A stretch of DNA of 64,000 bases from Fidelibacterota bacterium. GTDB lineage: Bacteria; Fidelibacterota; Marinisomatia; Marinisomatales; JACNKV01. This document shows positions 1 through 8,365 of this stretch, piece after piece. Every line of letters begins with the position of its first letter. Within the stretch, counting starts at the first letter, position 1. The notes under the pieces were generated by a model. That model ran no database searches, was not told the DNA's origin, and saw only the letters and a list, made by a program, of their open reading frames with translations. The position numbers and the translations under genes are program-made. The stretch covers positions 7,886 to 71,885 of the forward strand of contig JACNKV010000115.1 in NCBI GenBank assembly GCA_014381855.1. Direction: 5' to 3'.

Positions 1-225
1 CCTTTACCTGTAGCAGGTTTAATGACTGATACGGACGGATATTTTGTTGCAGAAAAATATTCTGCATTGGAAACCATGGCAAAAGAAATGGGGTCTCCAT
101 TGCAATCTCCATTTATGACGCTATCGTTTATGGCATTGTTAGTCATTCCTCAGCTAAAACTTAGTGACAAAGGTTTGTTTGACGGGAATTCGTTTGAATT
201 AGTTCATAACTTTACCATCGAATAA
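1..225 (+). CDS. ade: adenine deaminase, C-terminal fragment (N-terminus upstream of window)
   Basis: Frame 1 is open from base 1 ([13 protein letters not shown]...) to the stop at 223-225. The tail [26 protein letters not shown] matches the conserved C-terminal signature of Ade/AdeC adenine deaminases as I recall it. Purine genes follow. Confidence 0.6.
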   Translation, partial: PLPVAGLMTDTDGYFVAEKYSALETMAKEMGSPLQSPFMTLSFMALLVIPQLKLSDKGLFDGNSFELVHNFTIE

Positions 226-229
226 AGCC

Positions 230-2503
230 ATGTCAGAACAAAACTATTATCATTACATTGGAACATCACACCTTCGTTCAGATGCTAAGGAAAAAACCAC
301 CGGAGAGACAAAGTTTTTAACGGATATTCCTGACAAAGGAATGCTCCATGCGGCACCGGTATATTCTTCGATTCCATTTGGTGAGACAATATCAATTGAC
401 GTTTCAGTAGCTGAATCTGTGCAAGGCTATGTTGATTTTATTTCAGCAAAGGATATCCCAGGGGAAAACCAGATTGGCGTCATTTTTCAGGATCAGCCCC
501 TATTTGCGGATAAAATCGTTCGGTATGTCGGTGACAGTATCGGTTTGGTCGTTGCAGAAACGTCAGAAGCCGCTTATTATGCTGCCCGTTTAATAAAGAT
601 AAAATACGAAGAGCATACACCGCTATTATCTATCGATGAAAGCAGAGATGCAGAAAACAATTTCATCCACGAAACGAACCTTGCATGCAAACACCGTGTA
701 CGTAAAGGAAATATTGAAATAGGTTTTAATACTGCAGATAAAATCGTAGAAGCCTCGTTTAAAACACCTTTCCAAGAGCATTATTATCTTGAACCTCAGG
801 GATGTATTGTTACTCCCGGAAACAACAGTAATGTTGAAATTGTCGGAACGCTACAATGTCCATTTTATATTCAAAAATCGGTTGCCAAAGTTTTAGGAGT
901 GAATCTGAAGAATGTTTCCGTCGAACAAGCTCCGACCGGAGGAGGCTTTGGAGGAAAAGAGGATATCCCTTCAGAATTAGCAGCTAGAGTTGCTGTTGCG
1001 GCAGTAAAATTGGGACGTACCATAAAAATGGTGTATCGCCGAAAAGAAGATGTGCAATTAACATCTAAACGTCATCCGTTTCAAATGCACTATAAAGTCG
1101 GGGTAAAAAATGACGGAACCTTAGTTGCCGCGGATATTCTATTAGAAGAAAATGCGGGTGCTTATGCGACTTTGTCATCCGTCGTTTCATATCGTGCTTC
1201 CGCTCAGGCAATGGGACCTTATATCATTCCGAATATTCACGTTGATTCAAATTCATACTACACAAATTTACCTCCGACCGGTGCTTTCCGTGGATTCGGA
1301 TCTCCTCAAGCTGCATTCGGGCATGAACGAATGATGGACGTAATCGCAGCAGAACTGAACATGGACCCCGTTGAAATAAGACTAAAAAACATTCTGAAAC
1401 CCGGTGATGCTACCATGACCGATCAGTCCTTACCCATAAGTGTTGGTGCGGAAGAAACGATTCGTAAGGCGGTAAAATCATCCAACTGGAATCATAAAAA
1501 CATTGAAGACGGAAGATATCTCCATGGGATGGGGATAAGCACCATTCATTATGGTAATTGCCTTGGAGCTGCCGGTTGGCATATGGATGGTTCCGCTGCC
1601 CGTATTCAGATACAAAGAGATGGTAAAATTACTGTTGCTTTCGGTTTAGTGGAAATGGGGCAGGGAGCTTTAACAGTTGTGAAACAGATGACGGCTGAAG
1701 CACTTGGAATTTCACCGGAACGAATTACCGTATTACCGACTTCAACAGAATATGTTCCAGACAGCGGACCTGCAGTAGCATCTCGAAATGTCGTAATGAC
1801 TGGAAATGCAATTCGTGACGCGGCGAAAAAACTTCTTCCGATTCTGAAGGATGCTGTAGCGGAACTCATGGAATGTAAACCAAATGATGTCGAGCTGACA
1901 AATGATCGTGTATTCTGTAGAGCTAATAATTCAGAACTCACATTTGAAGAATTGACAAATTATCTCTATATCACAAATCGTAAGACGGAAGAACTTGGTT
2001 GGTGGCATGTCCGTGAGTTAGAGTATAACAAGGATACTGGCATCGGAGAAGCTTACTTTACGTATTCTTATGCAACACATATCGCCAAAGTACGTGTCGA
2101 CAAACTTACAGGATTGGTCCATACTGATAAAATATGGGCGGCACACGATATTGGTAAAGCCATAAATCCTGCCGGGTTGGAGGGACAAATTGAAGGAGGG
2201 ACGGCTCAAGGTGTCGGTTGGGTTACGACGGAGAATTTTATAACCGATCGTGGAATTGTGCAGACAGAAAATCTTTCGACCTATCTTTTGCCGACTGCAA
2301 CCGATGTCCCTGATGTCGAATCCATCATCGTTGAAGACCCGGAACCCGAAGGTCCATGGGGTGCAAAGGGAATTGGTGAACCGGCAGTTATCCCGACCGG
2401 AGCGGCAATTGCTAATGCCGTCAGTAACGCGTTAGGCGTTCAGATGAATGAAATTCCCTTAACCCCGGAAAAAGTATTAAACATAATAATGAAAAACAAA
2501 TGA
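230..2503 (+). CDS. xanthine dehydrogenase/aldehyde oxidase family molybdopterin-binding large subunit
   Basis: 757 aa with an N-terminal a/b-hammerhead-like region. Motifs APTGGGFGGKED, FRGFGSPQ and C-terminal GPWGAKGIGEP are typical of Mo-hydroxylase large subunits. ATGA overlap with the next gene. Confidence 0.9.
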   Translation: MSEQNYYHYIGTSHLRSDAKEKTTGETKFLTDIPDKGMLHAAPVYSSIPFGETISIDVSVAESVQGYVDFISAKDIPGENQIGVIFQDQPLFADKIVRYVGDSIGLVVAETSEAAYYAARLIKIKYEEHTPLLSIDESRDAENNFIHETNLACKHRVRKGNIEIGFNTADKIVEASFKTPFQEHYYLEPQGCIVTPGNNSNVEIVGTLQCPFYIQKSVAKVLGVNLKNVSVEQAPTGGGFGGKEDIPSELAARVAVAAVKLGRTIKMVYRRKEDVQLTSKRHPFQMHYKVGVKNDGTLVAADILLEENAGAYATLSSVVSYRASAQAMGPYIIPNIHVDSNSYYTNLPPTGAFRGFGSPQAAFGHERMMDVIAAELNMDPVEIRLKNILKPGDATMTDQSLPISVGAEETIRKAVKSSNWNHKNIEDGRYLHGMGISTIHYGNCLGAAGWHMDGSAARIQIQRDGKITVAFGLVEMGQGALTVVKQMTAEALGISPERITVLPTSTEYVPDSGPAVASRNVVMTGNAIRDAAKKLLPILKDAVAELMECKPNDVELTNDRVFCRANNSELTFEELTNYLYITNRKTEELGWWHVRELEYNKDTGIGEAYFTYSYATHIAKVRVDKLTGLVHTDKIWAAHDIGKAINPAGLEGQIEGGTAQGVGWVTTENFITDRGIVQTENLSTYLLPTATDVPDVESIIVEDPEPEGPWGAKGIGEPAVIPTGAAIANAVSNALGVQMNEIPLTPEKVLNIIMKNK

Positions 2504-3819
2504 AGACACTCTTAACAAATTGCAGAATTGTAAATCCCTTTAGTAGTCCCGAATTCATTGAAAATGGATATATTTTGATTGAAAATGGTATTGTAGAAGT
2601 AATTAAAGAAGGAATCCCTAATTTTACTGTAGATGAAAAAATCGATTTAAACGGTAAAACCGTCCTTCCCGGAATGATAAATGCACATGCGCATTTATAT
2701 TCCACTTTAGCTATGGGAATGCCATTTCCGAAGGGAAATCCAACAAATTTCACCGAGATCTTGGAACAGGTCTGGTGGATTTTGGATCGAGCTTTGGATC
2801 GGGAAAGTACAAAAGCCTCCTTCGAAGCCGGTTTGCTTGACCACCTGCGTCATGGAGTAACAACAGTTATCGACCATCATTCCAGCCAAAACTATATTGA
2901 CGGTTCGTTGAATTTGTTAGCCGAAACAGCTAAGCAATTTGGCATGAATATCTCTGGTGCATTTGAAATGACCGACCGAAATGGCAAGCAAACCTTTCAA
3001 AACAGTTTGGACGAGAATATCACATTTCATCGTGAATTTATCGAGTATAAATCTGTACGTCCTCTCATAGGATTACACGCATCATTCACGCTTTCGGATG
3101 AATCGCTTAAAAGCATTTCTGACAGACTGAAGTCGGAACGTGATTGGGGAATCCATATTCATACTGCCGAAGACAAAGCTGACAGAACAGATTCAAAATC
3201 ACGCGGGTATAATTCAGTCATTCACCGTTTAGATTCATTTGATCTTTTGAATGAAAATAGTTTGGTGATTCATGGTGTGCATTTTGAGCCTGGTGATGTT
3301 GACATTCTGAAACGAACAGGAGCAATGCTAGTGCATAATCCGTCTTCAAATGCGAATAATCGCGTGGGGATGACCCCAACAGCGCTTATCGAAGAAATGC
3401 AAGCCGGATTAGGTACCGACGGAATGCAGGGAAATATGTTGGAAGAAGCAAAAATAGGAACATTGATTCGAAGTAGCCACCTAGTTGGTGGAGAACCCAG
3501 CGTAAATTATGCCGAAATGCTCTTTAAGCACAATGCGGATATCGCCACGAAATTATTTGGGCGCAAGATAGGAAAACTCGATCAGGGCTATGCTGCTGAC
3601 TTGGCGGTATTTGACTATAATCCACGAACTGAATTCAATGCGGATAATTGGATTGGACATGCGTTATTTGGAATGGAAGCACCAATTGATGTGATGACGA
3701 ATGGAATATTTAGAGTCAGAAATAATTCACTTATCGATCTTGATGAAAAATCGATTTTGACTAATGCGAATAAACAGGCAAATATCTTGTGGAATAATAT
3801 GGAAGAAACAGATGGTTAA
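2500..3819 (+). CDS. ssnA: putative aminohydrolase SsnA (amidohydrolase superfamily)
   Basis: 439 aa. Metal-binding NAHAHLYS, then QVWWILDRALDRES, VIDHHSSQNYIDGSL and EMTDRNG blocks that parallel E. coli SsnA (442 aa) as I recall it. Confidence 0.75.
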   Translation: MKTLLTNCRIVNPFSSPEFIENGYILIENGIVEVIKEGIPNFTVDEKIDLNGKTVLPGMINAHAHLYSTLAMGMPFPKGNPTNFTEILEQVWWILDRALDRESTKASFEAGLLDHLRHGVTTVIDHHSSQNYIDGSLNLLAETAKQFGMNISGAFEMTDRNGKQTFQNSLDENITFHREFIEYKSVRPLIGLHASFTLSDESLKSISDRLKSERDWGIHIHTAEDKADRTDSKSRGYNSVIHRLDSFDLLNENSLVIHGVHFEPGDVDILKRTGAMLVHNPSSNANNRVGMTPTALIEEMQAGLGTDGMQGNMLEEAKIGTLIRSSHLVGGEPSVNYAEMLFKHNADIATKLFGRKIGKLDQGYAADLAVFDYNPRTEFNADNWIGHALFGMEAPIDVMTNGIFRVRNNSLIDLDEKSILTNANKQANILWNNMEETDG

Positions 3820-3937
3820 GTGGAGTAAAAAAAGACAATGAACTCTCAATATTATTTGATAAATTTCCACGCTCTTTCTCGGGGCTTAATCAAGAACTGA
3901 GGGGCGTTCCAAAAGATCGAAAAGCGAGCACAATGTA

Positions 3938-3965
3938 TTGACGTGCTACAGCTACGTCATATATC
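3938..3965 (+). promoter_or_regulatory. candidate sigma70-like promoter (TTGACG-16 nt-TATATC) with an embedded inverted repeat TGACGT-N9-ACGTCA
   Basis: TTGACG at 3938-3943 and TATATC at 3960-3965. The inverted repeat at 3939-3959 fills the spacer. The AAGGAG RBS at 3989-3994 sits 7 nt before the ATG at 4002. It lies in the 182-bp gap that precedes the carbamoyltransferase genes. Confidence 0.3.
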
Positions 3966-4001
3966 AATAAATCTTCATTAACAAATATAAGGAGTAAAAC
4001 T

Positions 4002-4955
4002 ATGAGAAGTTTTGCAGGAAGAGATATACTCTCACTTAAGGACTTTGAACGAAATGAGTTTTTTAGAGTGTTCGATGTGGCCGATCGCCTAAGACACTTT
4101 GCCGAAGATCGAAAAAATACTGATTTGTTGGCAGGAAAAACACTTGTAACCGCATTTTATCAACCCAGCACACGCACACGCTTAGCACACGAAGCTGGCA
4201 TGCATCGCCTCGGCGGACATGTCACCGGTTTTTCCGATGCGAAAATGACTCGAGCCGGCGACTTTTATCAGGAGACAATTAAAGACACCGTCAAAATGTT
4301 GGAATTCTACGGTGACGTTATCGTTATGCGTCATTTCCAACAAGGTGCACCGCACGAAGCCGCTAAGTGGTCTTCTATTCCGATTATCAACGGTGGCGAT
4401 GGTTGGGGAGAACATCCGACACAAATTCTAACAGATCTTTATACTATTTACAAAGAAAAAGGACGTATTGACGGATTAAAATGGTTAGCCGTTGGTGATA
4501 TGAGAATGAGAACAATGCATTCATTGGCTCACGGTTTAACGCAATTTGATTGCCCGATTACGTTTGTTTCTCCACCTGATATGAGTATGACCGATGAATT
4601 CAAAAAGGATATTGAAAAATATAATCTAAACTACAAAGAAGCCGAGCATGTCGAAGAAGCGATCGCTGATGCTGATGTCATTTTAGTTGAACCAGTCGTT
4701 CAACCTGATTATACAAAAGCCAGAGATGAACGCTCCGGCGATGTTGGTTTGACTCCGTCAAATTATAAAATCACACGTGAGCTTCTTTCCACAAAAGCGA
4801 AATCTGACGCCATTCTGCTGCACTCACTTCCTCGCATGGATGAAATCCCTGCTGATGTGGATATCACACGCTGGTCACGCTACTGGCAGGAAGCTTTCAA
4901 CGGTGTCGTTATGCGTATGGCGCTCTTGGCATTAGTTCTTGGCACACAAGAGTAG
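4002..4955 (+). CDS. aspartate-carbamoyltransferase-like transcarbamylase with divergent second-substrate site
   Basis: 317 aa. It has the carbamoyl-phosphate motif PSTRTR, GEHPTQILTDL, and the C-terminal HSLPRMDEI that corresponds to PyrB HPLPRVDEI. The PyrB RVQKER region reads EPVVQPD. There is no pyrI neighbour. Confidence 0.7.
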   Translation: MRSFAGRDILSLKDFERNEFFRVFDVADRLRHFAEDRKNTDLLAGKTLVTAFYQPSTRTRLAHEAGMHRLGGHVTGFSDAKMTRAGDFYQETIKDTVKMLEFYGDVIVMRHFQQGAPHEAAKWSSIPIINGGDGWGEHPTQILTDLYTIYKEKGRIDGLKWLAVGDMRMRTMHSLAHGLTQFDCPITFVSPPDMSMTDEFKKDIEKYNLNYKEAEHVEEAIADADVILVEPVVQPDYTKARDERSGDVGLTPSNYKITRELLSTKAKSDAILLHSLPRMDEIPADVDITRWSRYWQEAFNGVVMRMALLALVLGTQE

Positions 4956-4966
4956 GAGGGAACATT

Positions 4967-5944
4967 ATGCAGACATATCTACGCGGTCGTGACATGATTA
5001 CGACCCAAGAATGGACACGTGAAGAAATTGATACTGTCATGGATGTCGCCATGGATTTAAAACGTAAACGCGCATTGGGTGAACCTCATGCGTATTTGCG
5101 TGATAAAGTCTTGGCGATGCTGTTTTTCTTCTCAAGCACACGTACTCGTGCGTCGTTTGAAGCCGGAATGGCTCAACTGGGCGGACATGCGATGTTCCTA
5201 GATAGCAAAACCACGCAGGTTTCTCACGGCGATACAGCAAAAGAGATTGGTGATATTCTAGGACGTTACAACGATGGATTAGCCATTCGTCAGGTGGATT
5301 GGGAACATGGGAATCAATATATCCGATGGGTTGCTGAAGCAAGCCGTACACCTGTTTTGAATATGCAGTGTGATGAGTATCATCCTCATCAGATTCTCGC
5401 GGACCTTCAGACAATCATAGAGAAAAAGGGCGATCCCCGAGGAAAAACTATCACTGTTAGCTGGGCATACGCTTCCAGCTATTCAAAACCGCAAAGTGTT
5501 CCGAACAGTCTAATCCTGCTCATGACACGCTACGGAATGAATGTACGTTTGGTTCATCCCCCGGAATTTAAGCTAAAATCAAAATTCATTGATCAAGCCA
5601 AGGAAAATGCCAAAAAACATCACGGTAGTTTTGTGATGATGGACGATTTTGAAGCAGGAGTCAAAGATACGGACATTTGGTATGCGAAAAGCTGGGGACC
5701 GATGCTCACAACGACTGATCCTGCAGAGGATAAGCGAATTACGGAAAAATACAGTGATTGGATCGCTGATGAACGTCGTTTAGCCATGGCAAAGCCTGAT
5801 GCAATCTACATGCACCCGTTACCTGCTGATCGCAATGTTGAAGTTACTGACGCCGTCCTCGACGGGCCAAATTCGGTTGTCTTTGATCAGGCAGAAAATC
5901 GTTTGCACGCTCAAAAAGCCGTCATGGCTTTGACAATGACCTAA
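4967..5944 (+). CDS. YgeW-like (knotted-type) carbamoyltransferase, short form
   Basis: 325 aa with motifs SSTRTRASFE, HPHQILADL, VSWAYASSYSKPQSVP, AKSWGP and YMHPLPADR. These resemble the YgeW blocks TWAYSPSYGKPLSVP, PKSWAP and YMHCLPAD that I recall. E. coli YgeW is longer at 396 aa. Confidence 0.6.
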   Translation: MQTYLRGRDMITTQEWTREEIDTVMDVAMDLKRKRALGEPHAYLRDKVLAMLFFFSSTRTRASFEAGMAQLGGHAMFLDSKTTQVSHGDTAKEIGDILGRYNDGLAIRQVDWEHGNQYIRWVAEASRTPVLNMQCDEYHPHQILADLQTIIEKKGDPRGKTITVSWAYASSYSKPQSVPNSLILLMTRYGMNVRLVHPPEFKLKSKFIDQAKENAKKHHGSFVMMDDFEAGVKDTDIWYAKSWGPMLTTTDPAEDKRITEKYSDWIADERRLAMAKPDAIYMHPLPADRNVEVTDAVLDGPNSVVFDQAENRLHAQKAVMALTMT

Positions 5945-5999
5945 TAATTTTAATCTGCCGTAGAAATACAGAGACTCTTAGGTTAAGAAGTATGGATTG

Positions 6000-6026
6000 G
6001 GTATAGGAGAATATTTCTCCTATACC
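6000..6026 (+). promoter_or_regulatory. perfect 12-bp stem / 3-nt loop hairpin between the carbamoyltransferase and carbamate kinase genes
   Basis: GGTATAGGAGAA-TAT-TTCTCCTATACC read directly from the sequence. It is not followed by a clear T-run (TGACCACTCTTTCTG), so it could be an attenuator, a processing site or a protein-binding palindrome rather than a canonical terminator. Confidence 0.3.
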
Positions 6027-6101
6027 TGACCACTCTTTCTGTGACCATATTATTTTTATAACCTTTCTCTGTATCTCCGCCGCTAAATAATTGGAGAATT
6101 T

Positions 6102-7049
6102 ATGAAAAAGAAATTAGCAGTGATTGCCATTGGTGGTAATTCACTTATTCACGACAAACAGCACCAGACGGTGCGTGACCAATACATTGCCGCTCATGAG
6201 ACTTCGGAACATATCGTTTCGATGATTCGTGACGGCTGGGATGTTGCAATATCCCACGGAAATGGTCCGCAAGTTGGATTCATTTTACGCCGTTCAGAAT
6301 TAGCCTCTCACGAGTTGCATGAAGTTCCGCTGGATGTATGCGGTGCCGATAGTCAAGGTGCGATCGGATATGCTCTTCAGCAGAATTTATATAACGAATT
6401 TAAACGTTTTGGCATGGAGAAATACGTCACTACGGTGGTGACTCAGGTAGAAGTATCCGCAAATGATCCATCTTTCAAAGCTCCGGCAAAACCCATTGGA
6501 TCTTTTATGGATGAATCAGAAGCATCCCGTCGACGCGATAAAGAAGGCTGGGATGTGAAAGAGGATGCAGGGCGCGGATGGCGCCGGGTTGTTGCCTCTC
6601 CTAAACCGATCCGTATTGTAGAAGAACCAGCTGTAAAACAATTGTTAGATGCTGGTGTTGTAGTAATTACAACAGGTGGTGGTGGAATTCCGGTGGTCGC
6701 AGATGAAAATGGGCACCTTAGCGGTGTTGCAGCAGTAATTGATAAGGATTTCGCTTCTTCACTCCTGGCAAGCAACTTAGGTGCTGAATTGTTTGTTATG
6801 AGTACCGCCGTTGAGAAAGTCGCTTTAAACTTTGGTAAACCTAACGAAAAATGGCTGGATAAAATAACCTTGCAGGAAGCAAAAGGTTATCTCGCGGAAG
6901 GAACACATTTTGCTGCCGGAAGCATGGCGCCAAAGGTTGAGGCTGCGATTCTTTTCTTAGAAAACGGCGGGAAAGAAGTTGTCATTACCAACCCTGAAAA
7001 TCTTGAAAAAGCATTGGATGGAAAAACCGGAACTCATATCGTCCATTAA
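6102..7049 (+). CDS. arcC: carbamate kinase
   Basis: 315 aa. N-terminal KKLAVIAIGGNSL, SHGNGPQVG and TTGGGGIPV are typical of ArcC/YqeA carbamate kinases. Confidence 0.9.
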   Translation: MKKKLAVIAIGGNSLIHDKQHQTVRDQYIAAHETSEHIVSMIRDGWDVAISHGNGPQVGFILRRSELASHELHEVPLDVCGADSQGAIGYALQQNLYNEFKRFGMEKYVTTVVTQVEVSANDPSFKAPAKPIGSFMDESEASRRRDKEGWDVKEDAGRGWRRVVASPKPIRIVEEPAVKQLLDAGVVVITTGGGGIPVVADENGHLSGVAAVIDKDFASSLLASNLGAELFVMSTAVEKVALNFGKPNEKWLDKITLQEAKGYLAEGTHFAAGSMAPKVEAAILFLENGGKEVVITNPENLEKALDGKTGTHIVH

Positions 7050-7083
7050 TTGATGTAATCTGGGAGAAACAAAGAGGTAAGAT

Positions 7084-8334
7084 ATGGAACATGTCATTGG
7101 ATTAAAGTGTATGGTTTGCGTAAAAGAGTATGATGTGAATGAGATCGACTATGTTTGTCCTGATCACGGCAATGAAGGAATTGTAGATGTTGTTTACGAT
7201 TATGACTACATCGGTAAACATTTTAATCGCGAAGATTTACAGAAGTCTACTGACTTTACAATTTGGCGTTATAAACCACTCTTACCAGTTGAACCTGATT
7301 CTGAAGTACCACCCCTAACTGTTGGCTGGACACCGCTATATAGAACTGATCGCTTAGCATCTTCACTGGGATTAAAGCATCTTTGGATAAAAGACGACGG
7401 TCGATTACCGACAGCCTCTTTCAAAGATAGAGCCAGTGCAATCGCCATTGTTAAAGCACGTGAAAAAGGTGCGGAAATTATCATGACGGCAAGTACCGGG
7501 AACGCCGCTGCAGCACTAAGCGGACTGTGCGCAAGTTTGGATCAAAAGAATGTGATATTTGTTCCGGAAAGTGCTCCAAAAGCGAAGATTGCTCAATTGC
7601 TTGTGTTTGGTGCAAAAGTCATGCTGGTAAAAGGATCCTATGATGATGCATTTGAACTTTGTCTGGAAGCAGAAAAAGAATACGGCTGGTATAATCGAAA
7701 CACCGGATATAATCCATACATGAGCGAAGGGAAGAAAACTGCCAGCTTCGAAATATGCGAACAGTTAAAGTGGAATGCTCCGGATGTCATGTTCGTAAGC
7801 GTTGGTGACGGCTGTATTATCGGTGGATTGCATAAAGGATTGAAAGATTTGATGGCACTTGGTTGGATTGACAAAATTCCCAGAATCATCGGAGTACAAT
7901 CTGCCGGGAGTGATTATATGTATCAAGCATGGAAGAATAATGAAGACGTTTTGACTAAACCTGCCATTGATGCACAAACTGCTGCGGATAGTATCAGTGC
8001 CGGTTTACCACGCGATCGGATTAAAGCCATGAAGGCTGTGAAAGAAACGGACGGTGCTTACATTAGCGTAACAGATGATGAAATCCTGAAAGCCATACCT
8101 ATGATGGCACGCGGCAGCGGAGTGTTTGGAGAACCTGCCGGAGCAGCTGCATTAGCAGGTTTGCTGAAGGCAATTGATGATAGGTTGGTAAATTCTGATG
8201 ACCGGATCGTGGTTCTGAATACCGGCAATGGACTGAAGGACGTTGTCGGTGCAATGAAGTCGGTGGAGCTTGTAGGAACATTTCCTACATACGTAAAGCC
8301 TGACATCGAAGATTTAAAACGAAAATTAGCTTAA
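7084..8334 (+). CDS. threonine-synthase-family PLP-dependent enzyme with N-terminal Cys/His zinc-ribbon
   Basis: 416 aa. C9-x2-C12...C25-x2-H28 at the N-terminus. PLP-lysine motif PTASFKDRAS followed by TASTGNAAAALS, typical of short-form ThrC-like fold-type-II enzymes. Confidence 0.7.
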   Translation: MEHVIGLKCMVCVKEYDVNEIDYVCPDHGNEGIVDVVYDYDYIGKHFNREDLQKSTDFTIWRYKPLLPVEPDSEVPPLTVGWTPLYRTDRLASSLGLKHLWIKDDGRLPTASFKDRASAIAIVKAREKGAEIIMTASTGNAAAALSGLCASLDQKNVIFVPESAPKAKIAQLLVFGAKVMLVKGSYDDAFELCLEAEKEYGWYNRNTGYNPYMSEGKKTASFEICEQLKWNAPDVMFVSVGDGCIIGGLHKGLKDLMALGWIDKIPRIIGVQSAGSDYMYQAWKNNEDVLTKPAIDAQTAADSISAGLPRDRIKAMKAVKETDGAYISVTDDEILKAIPMMARGSGVFGEPAGAAALAGLLKAIDDRLVNSDDRIVVLNTGNGLKDVVGAMKSVELVGTFPTYVKPDIEDLKRKLA

Positions 8335-8365
8335 ATACATAACGAAAAAATAAAGGAAATATCAT

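Noticed and set aside
1606-1941. Numerous 60-140-aa ORFs in the six-frame track lie antisense to, or out of frame within, long CDSs. Examples are 1606-1941(-), 12207-12557(-), 16193-16576(-), 36595-36936(+), 52432-52848(+) and 56062-56403(+).
   Set aside because: They are fully nested in well-supported genes and have low-complexity or biased composition with no recognisable motifs. I treat them as shadow ORFs.
3820-4001. A purine, xanthine or guanidine-type riboswitch in the leader of the carbamoyltransferase genes.
   Set aside because: I could not find the conserved purine-riboswitch core (the U/C-rich junction with paired P2/P3 loops) or any other consensus I remember. This needs an Infernal/Rfam scan, so I make no claim.
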